This document shows, piece after piece, positions 1 to 13,510 of a stretch of DNA of 64,000 nt. The stretch comes from Podarcis filfolensis. Its lineage: Eukaryota. The stretch is taken from NCBI GenBank assembly GCA_964270895.1, contig OZ185436.1. One strand, 5' to 3'. Under the pieces are notes generated by a model. It searched no databases, was not told the DNA's origin, and saw only the letters and a program-made list of their open reading frames with translations. Numbering within the stretch: position 1 is the stretch's first letter; each line of letters starts with the position of its first letter. Made by a program: the position numbers and the translations under genes.

Positions 1-329
1 TCTAGACTTGCACCTCAGTCCCAGTTAGAGGGGATGATAGCTGAGCTCCCTGGGGGTGCCACATATATCCTGATCTCATTCTGATCAGCCAGCTGGTGAC
101 ACGATAGCAAGGAAAGTGGAGTTAGGGAGGTGGATTCCATCTCTCACAAACTCTCTTCATTCTGTCATATCAGCTTGTGCTGTGTATAAAATTATAAGTA
201 GTATAAACCCTTCACTTCAGCCCCTTGCTCAGCTATGTAGCAATGACTTGCCATAAATGGCACTTTTGCAAGATACCACAAGTCAGTGAAGTGTCACTTC
301 ATAAGGGCAGGGCACGCCTGTCATTTTAA

Positions 330-760
330 ATTTCTCTCCTCCCCCCCCTTTTTTTCCAATCTCACAGTCAGTTCTCCATACTTCCATTTCAGTTTACAAT
401 TTTTAAAAAAAATTCTCATGAAAATTTATCAGAATTTTAGTACGCACTTCTCATATGTACATTTTTGTATGCAATTTTACCTATTAAACATAATTTTGCA
501 AGTGATTTTCCGTAACATTTTTGGATGTTATCTTCACTAACGTATGTATTTTTAAATGCACATATTTACCCTTGCATATACATTTTTTAAAAACATTCTT
601 TGGTTTGATAATGCATTGCAAAATTTGGAGAAGTATGGATTTTGAGGAAAAGCTGTGTTTTGGGATCTTGTATTGTTTTGAGAAATGAAAATTAAGTAAT
701 TTGACATTACATTGCAAACCTAATTTTCCCTGCATTTTATACATCTGAATTTTGCCTTGG
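330..760. repeat. AT-rich dispersed repeat (probable DNA-transposon derivative)
   Basis: Shares TTTTCCAATCT...CAGTTCTCCA...GAAAATT..CAG blocks with 44800-45090; weaker relatives near 13330-13960. Confidence 0.55.
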
Positions 761-954
761 GTGGTTGTCAGTGTTTTCCCTTTGGCCAGAAAACGCAGCA
801 AGCTTTTCCTGGAAGGGGAGGAATTCGTGAGAGCTCTCCCTTTGAGGAAGTGCCTCCTGCCATGGACTGAAGCCCCATGACTGCCTTTTGGGAGGAACGT
901 GCTAATCCACACACACATACACCTCTCTCTTTCTCTCTCTCTGCTTCTGCCCAG

Positions 955-1109
955 GTTTAAGGATGGAAGGTTAATTTCCAACAGGCAGTCTCAATATTCC
1001 CTGCAGATCAAGGATGTGGCAGAGCAGAACTCTGGCTCCTACACATTGGTTCTGAAGAACGGGCCGGCTGGACTGGAGAAGAGCATTAGTCTCCAGCTGG
1101 TGGTCAATG
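955..1109 (+). CDS. FLT4: FLT4 exon 9 (Ig4): (W)FKDGRLISNRQSQYSLQIKDVAEQNSGSYTLVLKNGPAGLEKSISLQLVVN
   Basis: cccag|G acceptor, G|gtaagg donor, 155 nt, phase 2 to 1. Confidence 0.96.
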
Positions 1110-1950
1110 GTAAGGAGGTTGGACTAATGGGAGAGGAATGTCCTGAAACTCTGTGCAGTTTGACAGATGTTTGTACCTGATGTCATTTGGCCTTGTGTGG
1201 CTGTTTATTTTAACAAGTCCGTGCTATAGAGGATGAAGTCCTCTTCATCCTTTGCCCCCCCCCCCCGCCCCAGTCCAAATTGGCCCCATGTGCATCCTAT
1301 TCACAATGGGAGGGGAGCTGTCATTGGCAAGAGGGGAGCTGGCTCTGTCTGGGAACATGGCAAGGGCAAAAGGGCTGGAACCCTTCTTCTCCCCACACAA
1401 GGCTGAACAATGAGGATGACATTGCATCTAGAATGACTCCTTATCGGTTTGTGTTATCCTTCCCCCTCTGGGACTTCTCTGTCCTTTCAGATCAGAAAGT
1501 TATAAAATGAATGCCTCTGGGTCACTTTTTTTAATAAAAAAATAAAATATGATATGATGAGTAGGGCAAGGAAAGAGTGTCAGGTTTGGAATGGGGGGGC
1601 CCTCTGTTCAAATACCGTTTCCGACTGCACATAATGGCAGCAGATCCATGTATTAGGATTTAATTGCCACAAAAATCCCTATATAAAAAGGTTTAGTGCA
1701 GGCAGGTGGGAGAAACTGAAATCTTCTCCCACCCCCATCTTCCCACCCCCACTGACACTGCATTCTAAACAAAGTTCTCATTCATTGGGGCTTTGTTACC
1801 ATTGCCAAGGAAAGGCTAAAAGGTAATTTGGAGGTGGGAAAAACAATTCCACTTCTCCCCCCCCCATCCTGCACATTAAATCCCCCCTCCCCGCCCTTCT
1901 CTGCTTTGTAGGGATTCAGCACCACCAGTCTGGGTCACATTGTATTTGGC

Positions 1951-2201
1951 CAGGGGTAGGCAACCTAAGGCCTGGGGGCCGGATGCGGCCCAATTGCCTT
2001 CTCAATCCGGCCCGCGGATGGTCCGGGAATCAGCGTGTTTTTACACGAGTAGAATGTGTCATTTTATTTAAAATGTATCTCTGGGTTATTTGTGGGGCAT
2101 GGGAATTTGTTCATTTTTTAAAATCAAAATATAGTCCAGCCCACCACATGGTCTGAGGGACGGTGGACCGGCCCACAGCTGAAAAAGGTTACTGACCCCT
2201 G
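1951..2201. mobile_element. Non-autonomous hAT transposon (MITE)
   Basis: TIRs CAGGGGTAGGCAACC / GGTTACTGACCCCTG with perfect 8-bp TSD TATTTGGC (1943-1950, 2202-2209). Confidence 0.9.
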
Positions 2202-3829
2202 TATTTGGCCCTCAATAGCAGCACATAGAAGAGTGAAATGTGGGAGGGGTATGAGGAGTAAAATGGGGGGGGGGGTCTCATTCAGGCTACCAAAGGATCT
2301 GCAGTCTTCTGACTCCATGATGTCAATGTAGAAGAACGAATTGCAATAAGTGAGTTTTCCTGGAGCTAATCCAGAATCCCTAACACGCCTGGCAGTCACA
2401 TCACTGTAGTGTTTATAGAGGAAGAAAATAACTTCCCAGTGTTTTAAAATAGGATTGGGCAGAAGGTAGATTGGGAGACCTTTGGATGGCAGACCTTTGG
2501 ATGATTTGCAGTAGATCAGCAAGGGCTTCTGATTCCCAGCTGTCTAACAATAGCAACAGTTTAAACTCTGCACACCCTCACCCCCATGCACCAAATTAGG
2601 TGAAAAAGAACACCAGGAGCTGGATTCTCCTAACAACCCCTGTCAGCAGAAGCCTTGAACAAGGACTTTTGCCTGTGCAATGGGACTTCCCCACCTCTCC
2701 TCCCACCCACCATGAACTTGGTTCAGAGGGGGCTGGAGAACTCCAAGAACAGCACACTGAGGGAGAAGAGGGGGGGTCATTCGGCAAGCTGAAATGCTTG
2801 CACATTTGGAAGTCTATAATAGTGCAGTATTGAATTCCACCCAATGAATGGGTGTTTTGTGTGAAGGACTTGTGAGCTTGGTTATGGGAACTGCTCATTC
2901 ATTCCTAGACTGAGCATGTGCTCAGAGGCTCCTTGTTCCTTAATTCTGAACTTACATCCACCTACCTGATCCACTAATTTGCACCTGGTTCTGGTTGGTG
3001 GTCCGCGAAGTTGTAGTAGAAAACAAAGTAGATCTCGCAAGCCTGACGCCCACCCAGCCATACTCTAAATGCACCTGTAACTTAAGCTCAGGTCATTTCA
3101 TCCATTGCATGTAGTAGATAATTTCTTAAATGAGAGGTGTGCCAGGTAATTGTACATTACCTGCTGGTAGTTCAGCATTTGCTTGCTCTCCTGTAACAGT
3201 TGCCCTCAAGCAATGATGTGTCATTCTCTTCCTCAAAACAATGACTTCCAACAGGGGCAGGGAAAGACCAACGTACACTGCCTCCATAGTGCTCTCCTGC
3301 TTAATAGAAGGCAGCACCAGCATTGGCCTGTGGGGTGGGGTGGAGCCACAGATCCACCCTCACAATGCCAGCATCACTTACATTGCACCTTACCTGTATG
3401 GAACCTCCCCACCCCTTCTCCACTCTCACCTGGTAAGCAGCAACAACCTTGCTGCTGGGAAGCTAGTGTTGCAACTCCACTCCACTGGATGAGGCACTTT
3501 TGGACAGAACATGGCACTGGTGAGGTTGAGGCTGTACAGGAGCACCAGCTGAGCCAATCAGGTGATCCCACCCTGACATTGCTGCCCCACTCCAGCCCTG
3601 CCCAGGTAAGCTGCAGTGACATTAGTGCTGCTGGGACCTAGAGCAATTCTAAGGGAGAGGAAGGAGTATAATTACTACTACTACACAGCAGCAACATGAG
3701 GTTGGGAGGGGAGGGAGAAGATTGAGGGAGATAGTGTGGGTGAGGATTGGCAGAGAGAGCAGCAGAGGCAACCATCCCAGAACAGTTATTATTTACAAGG
3801 CTGATACATCAACATTCTTCTTATTTCAG

Positions 3830-3992
3830 TTCCTCCACAAATCCATGAGAAAGAAGCAACTTCACCCAACATCTATTCCCGTAAAAGCCGACAGGTGCTC
3901 ACCTGCACTGTGTATGGCATCCCAGCACCAGAGAAGATCCAGTGGCAGTGGAGGCCTTGGACACCCTGCCCAATGTTCTCCCGTCACAATCT
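3830..3992 (+). CDS. FLT4: FLT4 exon 10 (Ig5): [54 protein letters not shown]
   Basis: tttcag| acceptor, CT|gtaagt donor, 163 nt. Confidence 0.97.
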
Positions 3993-4817
3993 GTAAGTAA
4001 CTGGCCTCCTTTGATCTTTGCCGTGTTCTTAATGCTTCAGTAAGGGAGGAAGACCTTGGCATGTTTCTTCATGCAAATGCATGTGAGATGGTCACCACAA
4101 GAGGGTCACTAGGGATGTGCATCGGATGAATGCCAAAGCGGGCTACTTTGGACAGATTTCAGCCATCTCCGAGCTAAAGTGGTATCTCTTCAGTATGCCC
4201 CAAACCGAAGTGGGATTTGGGGCACTTCAGTTATTTGGATATTTAAAACATTGCTGGTTATGTTGTAGAGGTGTCCCTAGGAAAGTATGCCGTTTTCATA
4301 ATAAAATAGTTGCCCACAAAACCAGAGGGAGAGAAGCAAATCCTTTTTTGTTCTCCCCATCCTCAAAAGCACCTAGCACAAAAAACATTTTGTATTTTGG
4401 CAGGTTTCTTACAAAGAGGGGGCTGTCTGGTGTATGCTATTTGCATACAGATTGCATACAAAATAAGAAGGGAGCTTAAGTGATTTCTTTTTTGACCATC
4501 CTAAAATGGAAAAGCCTGCCCTTGCAGGAAAACCATTATGGCTAGATAAAAAGTGCCAGAGTGCATCCTCTCAGAAAAGGCAAACAAGAGAGCAAATTTC
4601 ATACACTTCTGCCAAAAGGTAAAAGAATTGTAGACAATTCTGGTTTTGTTTTTAAAGGTGCCTAGTACAAAAACTAATGGAACTGTTTCTCTGTAATTTG
4701 GCAGGCTTTATCCACTAAGCCTTGAAATTTAATGCAAGTCCATTAAAAATGAAACTGTTTTTTGTTTTCCTATTTGTTCCTTGAAAATTTGGATTTGGGT
4801 AGCCTCCATGTTGCTGT

Positions 4818-4837
4818 TGCTGCTGCTGCTGCTGCTG
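4818..4837. repeat. (TGC)n microsatellite
   Basis: Seen directly. Confidence 0.9.
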
Positions 4838-7800
4838 TTACTTGCCTGCCCTTCACTTTAAGGTGCCAGGACAGGCTACAACAATTAAAACACAATGTTA
4901 AAAATGGATTAAAACAACTTACAGTGACAGAAACGAAGCCATTTGTGTGCAGTGGCTTCTTGCACTTACAGGACAATATTTCTCCACACTGCCTTTTGGA
5001 GAACATTTGTAGTGGCATGGAGAGTGGTGTGAGTACCTGTCCATTTGAAGGGCATGCCATAAATAATGTTGGCCAGGAGCTAAACGCAGCCTGTTCCTTC
5101 ACTTTAAAACCTATGAATAAGACCTAATTCAAATGTCATAATAAGCTGGTATTATCACCTTGATCTCAGAGAGGTAGTGTTGTCCAACATCTGTAGGTAA
5201 AAGTATAAATGGTGGTCCTTGTGCAAGAGCATCAGTTTTTTATTCATATGAGTGGAGTAGACAATGAGGTTTACCCTCCTGCATCTTCTAGTCCCAAGAG
5301 AGGGGGCTATTCATTTGGCCCACAAAATGCTCCCTCCTTATGGGTGTGACTGGAGTGGCATGAAACCTGACTACTGGAAAAGAGATTCCATGCTTCTCTA
5401 GCAACTAATTGTGCCATGGGGGTGCATTTTAGATTTCTCATGGAGCAACATGAAGGAGCAAGGTTAAGAGCAGGGGTTTAGACAGGTTTTTCTTCTGGTG
5501 TTGAATATGTAAAAATGTTGCTGATTACTCCTCCATAGAAATATCCTGCTAGTGCTTTTTCTTTGATTTCTCTGGCCACTGAGGACTAAACTGGGCATGA
5601 CATGGGAGATTTCAAGAACTGGATGTCTCATTATTCCAAAGAAAGACAAGCAGCTACAGAGGGCTCGTATTTGGATTAAAACTGCTGTGTTTGGGAAGGC
5701 AGAACATAGCAGTACTGTATGGGTAGATATACATTTTTGCCTCAGAGTTGATTTAAATCAGGGAAATGTAATGTGGGCACAGGGGTGCTAAAAAGCAAAA
5801 CAAATAATTTCCCCACAACATGGCAGTGACAATCTGAATGAGGGACCCTCTGGCTACTTTTAAATATTTTTAAAAGCTGGGGAACCTGATCCCATAACTC
5901 CTGCATCAATTTCAAGTTTGGGCCTTGGTGTCTGAATACTGGTTAGGATCTAGGCCCAGTTTAAAGTGGAGCTGAGAAGCAATTGTTCACAAACATGAAC
6001 AGGCCAGCAGCTGCATGAAAAGGCAATTTGTAAAGTGGACTCAACTCAGCCATTTGACAGAAAAAGAACAAGAAATGCAGTGGTCTAACATGAAGAATCG
6101 CCTATAAATAAGTGGCTCTTCAGTCTTCACAGACATCTATCAAACCAAATGCTGCTTTGCCTGGTGCAGTTTGCACCATCTTAGGAAGCTGTAGAGATTT
6201 GTTACCCTCTTCAAAAGATTTGTTTCTGAGCATGCTAGTGGCAGAACTCAAAACTTGCCTGCTGCTTGTCTGCAGGGACAATGGAGGCAGAAATTATTAC
6301 AATGGCAGAGTTGTGAGGTTTTCAATGTGTGTGGGTTTTTCCTGCAGAAAATTTATGTAGCTGCCAGAAAATGTCTAGGTAGGAAGTGGCATCTAAGGTG
6401 TTTAATACTCTATTTAACAGAAACAGACTTAGAAAGATCGATGGGAGTCTGATACAAAGTTTTACAAAGATGTGTTTCAATGCCCTTGTTGCTTACCAGA
6501 ACAATATCTCATAAAAACAAATCTATATGAGTACTGCTGTATACCGTAATTCATGCACCTCAGAAGGTTCTAGTAGTGCTAATAGATAAAGGGGTTTTTT
6601 TAATAGTCAGAATGCAGAGTGAGATGATCCAGTGGTTGTTGAAAATAAAACTAGATAAGAATATGTTTGGACCCAAAAGTGTTGGTGAAATGAAAAAATG
6701 GGTATACTGTATAAAGAATTCCCTAGATGACAAAATCCAGGTTTGGGCAAGTACAGAAAAAGTTGCACAGGCAGTAAAACCTGGATTAGTTACAGTGGTG
6801 AAAGTTCCCAAATTATTGGTATAGGAACTCAAGAGTGGCTTGTTAGAGCCATATGGCTAATTTGGAGCAACCAGTTTAGCCTCTTCACATGCTGAGCTTC
6901 TCCCACAGACTAGGAAGAAAGGATAGGCTTGATTACCTAGTTCCTCCCAAGGTGAGGGGAAGTGGGCATACCTAAGCCTAGCAAAACAGCTTACTCTGTG
7001 GTATTAACCCCTTCATGTGTTAATTAGACTTAAGCAAGTTGGTTATACGAGGCTGGTTATCCCACACAAATAACTTATGTTACTTCAGTAAATTCCACAA
7101 AGACCTTGGCAGAAGCTTGAAATAGCAAATCTGTCAAAGTAAGGTGTGAAAGCCTGCAAAAGTGACTGAACAGTATGTGACCCCAGCAGTGAAACGTATG
7201 CTCCTGCCACCTAAATTGGGTGTGTGGGGCATGGCCTAAGGGGCAGCAACACTGCTGCTGTGACTCTCCTCCTTCTCTCCGCCTCCCGGGTCAGACCTGG
7301 CCCAGAAGCCGGAGCCAGGCCCAATGAGGGAGTCTGGGAGGGGCGCCTAGTCATGCCCCCTCTCAAAACTGTGCCCAGGGCCATGCTCCCCACACACCAC
7401 ACCCCTGTGTGACCCCAAGATCATATTTGATTCAAAGTGACAATGAAGCTTCAGTAAAAGCTGAGTGAATGTAGAAGTAGCAGATTCACGCAAGTTAAAG
7501 TCATAAGGCAGAATGTATGGAGCTGTTGTAATACTAAATGATAGGAAGACTCATAAAAAGTTTTGGACTCCAAGATGCCTGTGACTACATCAAGAAGCAG
7601 AGAGAGAAAAAGAGCCCATTAGATTGGGAGAAGAAGAATGTGTGAGAGAAAAAGAACAAGAATACGAAGCAAAGTGGTCCACTTTGTTTCCACTGTGTGG
7701 AGGGAAACAGTTTTTGGAAACATTAACACAGAATTGAAACATAGGGCAGCAGCCATTTAATAAATGAGAATTTTACTGGCCTTCGGCATTTTAAATCCAA

Positions 7801-8000
7801 AACAAATCCCTTAGTGCAACGGTTCTGAGAATGTGAAGTAGGCCTGTCTCCAAGGAAACTTGGGCAGCTTGCTAAGAAAGGCTTGAACTGCTTGTTTTCT
7901 CCCAGACAGTTTAGTATCTGTGCTTCAACTGGGTGAGAAGCAGGGTGCTTATTTTCCCTGTCACAAGCAATGTAGCCCAAAGAGCTGTGGAGGCTGCTAA

Positions 8001-8345
8001 AAAGGTAAAGGACCCCTGACAGTTAAGTCCAGTTGCGAACGACTCTGGGGTTGCGGCGCTCATCTCGCTTTACTGGCCAAGGGAGCCAACGTTTGTCCAC
8101 AGACAGTTTTTCCAGGTCATGTGGCCAGCATGTGACCAGAGCAGCACACGGAAACGCCGTTTACCTTCCCACCGGAGCGGTACCTATTTATCTACTTGCA
8201 CTTTGACACGCTTTTGAACTGCTAGGTTGGCAGGAGCTGGGACTGAGCAACGGGAGCTCACCCCGTCATGGGGATTTGAACCGCTGACCTTCCAATCGGC
8301 AAGTCCTAGGCTCTGTGGTTTAACCCACAGCGCCACCTGCATCCC
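8001..8345 (-). mobile_element. Sauria SINE (Squam1/lacertid type)
   Basis: Reverse complement of the GGGACGCGGGTGGCGCTGTGGGTTAAACCACAGAGCCTAGG head and (ACCTTT)n tail; aligns to the copy at 28739-29098. Confidence 0.93.
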
Positions 8346-9899
8346 TTGTGGGTGCCGAATTATTTGCTTTTTCTCTTGCTGGTTGACTGGAGAAGGCCCT
8401 GTTTGACCAGGTGTGACAGACTCTGGATGTGGCGAAAGTAGTTGTGGAACTGCCCTTAGAAACAAGGACAATTTATATGACCTCTATCTCTGTCTCAATG
8501 GTTATTGTGCAGGAGACAAGCTGCCTCCTGTTCCTTTGGGTACTGCTGGCAGGACATTTTACAGCAAAGGTCTATTATTATTGAGAAAGAAAGATAGAAG
8601 GAGGCCTCTAAGATAGACAGGAATGTGACAGGGAAGCATTATTGACCCAGGAGGAAGTGGGCCAACTATAAAAATACTGATGCCGTAAATGTACTGCTTG
8701 ACGGGCTGAGGAAACAAGGGCATTTCCAGTCCCATCAGAATGCTTTGTGGCCTTGTCAGGAAGGAGAGGAGTTGTTGAATTATTAGCACTGTCTCCCAAG
8801 GCCACAATCTTTATGCTTATCCCAGCTTCAGAGGATGCATCATGATTTCCTGTTGTTTAAACAGATTCTCACTCTTGTTATGGTACACTAAGTGTGCTAA
8901 ACATCTGTCCCCTCATCTTCTCTAATGAAGGCATGTTGTTTGGGCGGAGGAGCACACTATCTGCCAGATGTTAATTTGGGCGCCAGAACTATCCAACACT
9001 CTCATAAATGTTTTGGGCCACCAGTTGTCCATACCTGGTCTACTGCATACACAGCAGTGCAGACACTTTATCCAGGTATCCACATTGAATTACATTTGAA
9101 CCCGACTTTCCAGCAGACACCTTCTGACACATGTTGCAGGATACCACACCCTGTAGCATACTCTCTCTTAACTCTCAGTCAACGTCCCTTAGATGCATAT
9201 CAATCCCCTGACCTCCCACATTAAAAACTCTTTCAGGTTGTGTGCACACCATATATTTAACACACACATCCACACAGCATGGCATGAGGCTATATTCTTC
9301 TCCTGCTTTTGCTCCCCAGACACTGGCACCCCATATGGTCAGGGTTCCAGGCAGAGGGAGGGGCAAGGTGCAGGGAGCTTAACTGTGCAGGCATGGCAAA
9401 GGAGCCAGTCCAGTGCTCTTGCCACACCATCACCCTGCCTGTACCACCTTGAGCTTCCTGCACCTTACCACTCCACCAACTGCTGCTGGCTCCATATAAC
9501 AATCTGATAGCTGTGGGTATATGAAATATCCTTGCATTTTTACCCCTTTTTAAAGCAATCTAAGCTAGTGGTTATGAAATGGAGTGAATTGTTCACTACA
9601 TGAAGAGAAGTGCTTATATTCCATCTCTTCTGACTCTCTTGCCATCACTGGCAATCCTTGATTTCTCATACTGTGGGAGAGGGAGAACATTTTCTCTTTA
9701 TCCGTTTTCTCTGTGCCATCTAAAGTTTTATAAGGCCATCTCGTGCTCCCCCTTAGCCATTTTCCCTCTCCTCCTAATTATATTATAGGCAGCATTGTAT
9801 GTTAATGCCCTGTAATCTTCCCAATAACTTCTTTTATTGGCAAACCAAATCTCCTGTTTCTCTCTGTCTCTTCTTCTTTCATGGCTTCTGGATAAATAG

Positions 9900-10041
9900 G
9901 AGCAGGAGGAGGACTGTCCGGCGCCATCAGCGAGACCGGATGCCCGAGTGTAAGGACTGGAAGGATGTGTCGCAGCTGGATGCTGTGAATGCCATTGAAA
10001 GCATTGACACCTGGACAGAGTTTGTGGAAGGAAGGAACAAG
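9900..10041 (+). CDS. FLT4: FLT4 exon 11 (Ig5 polybasic loop): (L)[47 protein letters not shown]
   Basis: First AG after a pyrimidine tract (aatag|), donor AAG|gtgagg; start could be shifted by 3-12 nt because of tandem NAGs. Confidence 0.92.
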
Positions 10042-11644
10042 GTGAGGACACATGTTTCTCTTTGTCCTTTCTGCGCTGGAAAGAGGTAGAAGCACCTCGA
10101 GCTCATGAGACGGAGCCTTCTCAGGCCAAAACGTTTTAGCTGATTTTGCAACATGAAGCCAAACTGTGAGTTGACTTCCATCATGTGGTCAGTTAGTTAT
10201 GCAGCTAAATGATTACACATTTAGTAATCAGTTTTTGTCTTATCTATACGTTTATATGAAAAACCAAAGCCAGTTTTGGATAACCCGTTAAGATCCTTAC
10301 TACCAATTATGATACTAGAGAGAAAAATGAGGTATAAAATGTGAAGACTGACATTACTGAATACATTCACATGAAATAAAAAATAGTTCACAATGCGGGG
10401 TGGGGGGGAGGACTCTGAAGAAATGAAGGCTGCAGAGTGTGAAACTTCCATATCTGTCATGTACTCCTAATATGGCTGACGTTACTCAAAGGTTAAGAAT
10501 GCACCAGATTTATGGCACTGGCAAATTTGGGGACAAACGTTGTATGAATGTGCAAAGGACGGAATACTAGAAACAGTGATAATAATGATCTAAATTTGCA
10601 TTGCTTTCAGTGAATTCAGTACTGAATGTATGCTTATTCAATAGAGTGATTTAAAAGGTGAACATTAAAGTAGAAGGTATTGTCCACTGTGGTTGTTTAA
10701 AGACAGTTCCATGAGTCAGAGCATGGCTTTCTTCATAGAGGAATGAGATCATCTATGAGCAAGCTGAATGGAAGGCAGAGTGCAGTGGAATATTCTAATG
10801 CAATGAATGTACAGCAATCTTCATTCTTCAAAATAAATTCACTGCTGACATCCTATAAATGGCTGAGGAAATACATGAATTTTGAGTTAGTGCCAAAAAG
10901 ACAAAAGACATTCCATAACGGGTGCCACCACAGAAGATGCCCTACAATATTCATTCCCAACTCCATTCCATAAGAATATATATCACAACTGTTTTTACGA
11001 CTCAGGTCAGCATTCTGATTATTAAACTACACTTTGTCCCACGTTAAGCTATATTCAGTGAAACTGCTGGAAATTTAATTTGATGTCGCAGTGGCAGAAC
11101 CACCTTGGTACTGCTAAATATAAGGGGTGGGTGGGAATTGGAATTGAGAACTTGAGGTGGAATGGCAAGGAGAACCCTTTTCCTATCCTTATTTTTTGCT
11201 CCCAAACTACTGTGCTTCAGCCATTTTTCTCCTGGTGGAAATTTCATAATGCCACTCAGAGATGGTGGGACAGCTGAGCTAGGATATTTAAGGGGCAAAA
11301 AACATAGGCAACAAGAGTCCAACTCTTCCTTCTTGCTCATGCTGTGCTTTCAGTCGCCCTACTCACCTGCCCCCTACTTTCTCTCGATTCAGCTACCAGA
11401 CTCAGGGGGCCATTATGAACAGTTTGGCCCTGTACACTATTCCAGTACAAATATGTGAATCCAAATGTATGAAGTGTTGCTTTGAAGTGTGAGAGGTTCC
11501 ATTGGATATTACACTATATTTCCTTTCTGGAATGATTTTTTTTCTTTCTCTCCTGTCCTGATGCATGACTAGCTGGCATTTAAAGGCTGTTTCTTTCCAT
11601 CCCCCCTGTATAAATGCCAGAGTCATGTGTGCTTTTCTATGACT

Positions 11645-11800
11645 AGTTTCCTGTTCTAGGTGACAATGTCAGTTACCAAACACGCGTGCATAATAGTGAT
11701 GCAGGCTAAAGAACAAACAAATGGTTCCCAGTTTCCTGAAGTCACTTCCTGTTTTCATACACCCCTCCAAAATCACTTCCTGTTCCAATTTCAGTCAGGA
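11645..11800. promoter_or_regulatory. Candidate endothelial enhancer in FLT4 intron 11
   Basis: Four ETS cores (TTCCTG at 11648, 11733, 11746, 11777); the third reads AAAACAGGAAGT on the - strand (FOX:ETS composite); SOX-like GACAATG at 11662; AACAAACA at 11712; CACGCG at 11681. Confidence 0.55.
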
Positions 11801-13455
11801 GTTGGAAAGCAACGGAAAGGATGATGGGAAGGAGAGAGGCATGTTTCGTGCTCTGATTCAGGCTGTGTTAATGGCTTATACCAAGAGACAGTCTGTTTTC
11901 TGAACCTATCCTAATAATAGACAAGTCATATTTGGTGATATTATTTGTGATAGTAATTTAACATATATTACATTCACTTCTTTTACTTTCCTTTCTCTCC
12001 TTTAACCCATTTCACCCCTGCTTTGTCCTTTATAGGATCCATTCCCATATATATTTCTTTATCCCCCCCCCCCCAGTTACTAGTAGGGAAAGAAGCATGA
12101 ATAGAAAACATTTGTAAATAACTTCCAATTCTGACTCAGCTGTCAGCCCCTCAAATGTTTGGGTTTTGGAAAAGAGAGCCGTAACACTCCTGGAGTGGTG
12201 TCTCCAAAAGCTGTCTCGCATTTCCATTATGTGATGGCATTTTTGCATTTGTTTATTTTATTGTTGTTAGCTACCTGAATCATATTCGGTGGAAAGGTGG
12301 GCTATATGTTTCATAATATAAGTATGCCATTATAAGAAAATAGCTAGTCTTTTGGCCTTCAAAACTTTTGCTAATGGAATTGATACTCATTTTCCAGAAC
12401 ATTAGGAAAGTCTCCTGTCTGTGAACAGGTCACTAGATGCAGCTCTGGGTACTGCTATTTAAATTTGTTTGTTTCATTTGATACCAATTCAAGTAGAGGA
12501 AGAACACAAAGTTGCTGGTTTTTCCACTGAGCAACAGAGTGGCTCTACTTCCTTTCTTCTTCCTTTGTGACAGTCTGACGGAATGGCTGTTATTAAATGA
12601 CCACTGATGCGGGGAGAAACCTGATGCCGCTGGTTTCTCAGCAGAGCTAATGGAATGGCCCTGCTTCCCTCCTTCATTGCAACCTGATGGAATGTCTGTT
12701 ACAAGACAACAAATGAGGAATAAACTTGCCAGGGTTAATTGATTTCATTTGATGAATGAATTTCTAACCAGCTTTTCAGTTTACAAAAAGGATTCCCTAG
12801 AGCACAGACTGAAAGCCACTGCTATGTAGTTTCTGAAATAGAAGAAAGCAGGTCTATGTGGATAGGTGGAATAGGCTTATAACACCAGAATAGTTAATTT
12901 CCAAGCATAGATTATAAGACAATTTGGAGGCAATAGGAATTAAATCTAGATGATGGATGTTGTGCATACCCTGCATGGTTTTGTACTGTAGAATTTGTTA
13001 AATATTATATTGGTTTAATTGCACTAGCCAGCAGCTGTGTTGACATTTTATGGACCACTGCATATATCATTAAAGGAACTGGAGCTATCCTTCCACAGAT
13101 GATCTGCAAAGGTCAGCAGAGCAGATCCATCTTAGAGTGGGCTTGTCCACGTTTGAGCATTACTTAGCTCTTAATCTACCCCCCCCCCCATTCAAATTAG
13201 ACTGGAGTAGTCTTTCCCATTCATACTAGCAGGCATTCTCTTTTGCGTTTGTTGTAGCCTTCTAATTTCTTGATTCTATTATGCCAGTTAAGCACTGACA
13301 GGACACGCATGCAGGTAGCTTATATGTGCACCTTGGGTTTTTTTGTTGTTTCTTAACATCTTTGCCCAAGAAGTGTGCAAAAACACACTGTCAGGCAATC
13401 ATAAATTTGCTTGTGCAATTTTCTATTTCTGTGCAAATCTGAGGGATCAAAAGAA

Positions 13456-13463
13456 ATATATAT

Positions 13464-13510
<47 letters not shown>
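13456..13510. repeat. Compound (AT)/(GATA)n/(GA)n microsatellite
   Basis: Seen directly. Confidence 0.95.

Noticed and set aside
3126-3641. Cluster of 65-152 aa ORFs in intron 9
   Set aside because: No FLT4 or TE-protein similarity and no flanking splice signals in consistent phase.
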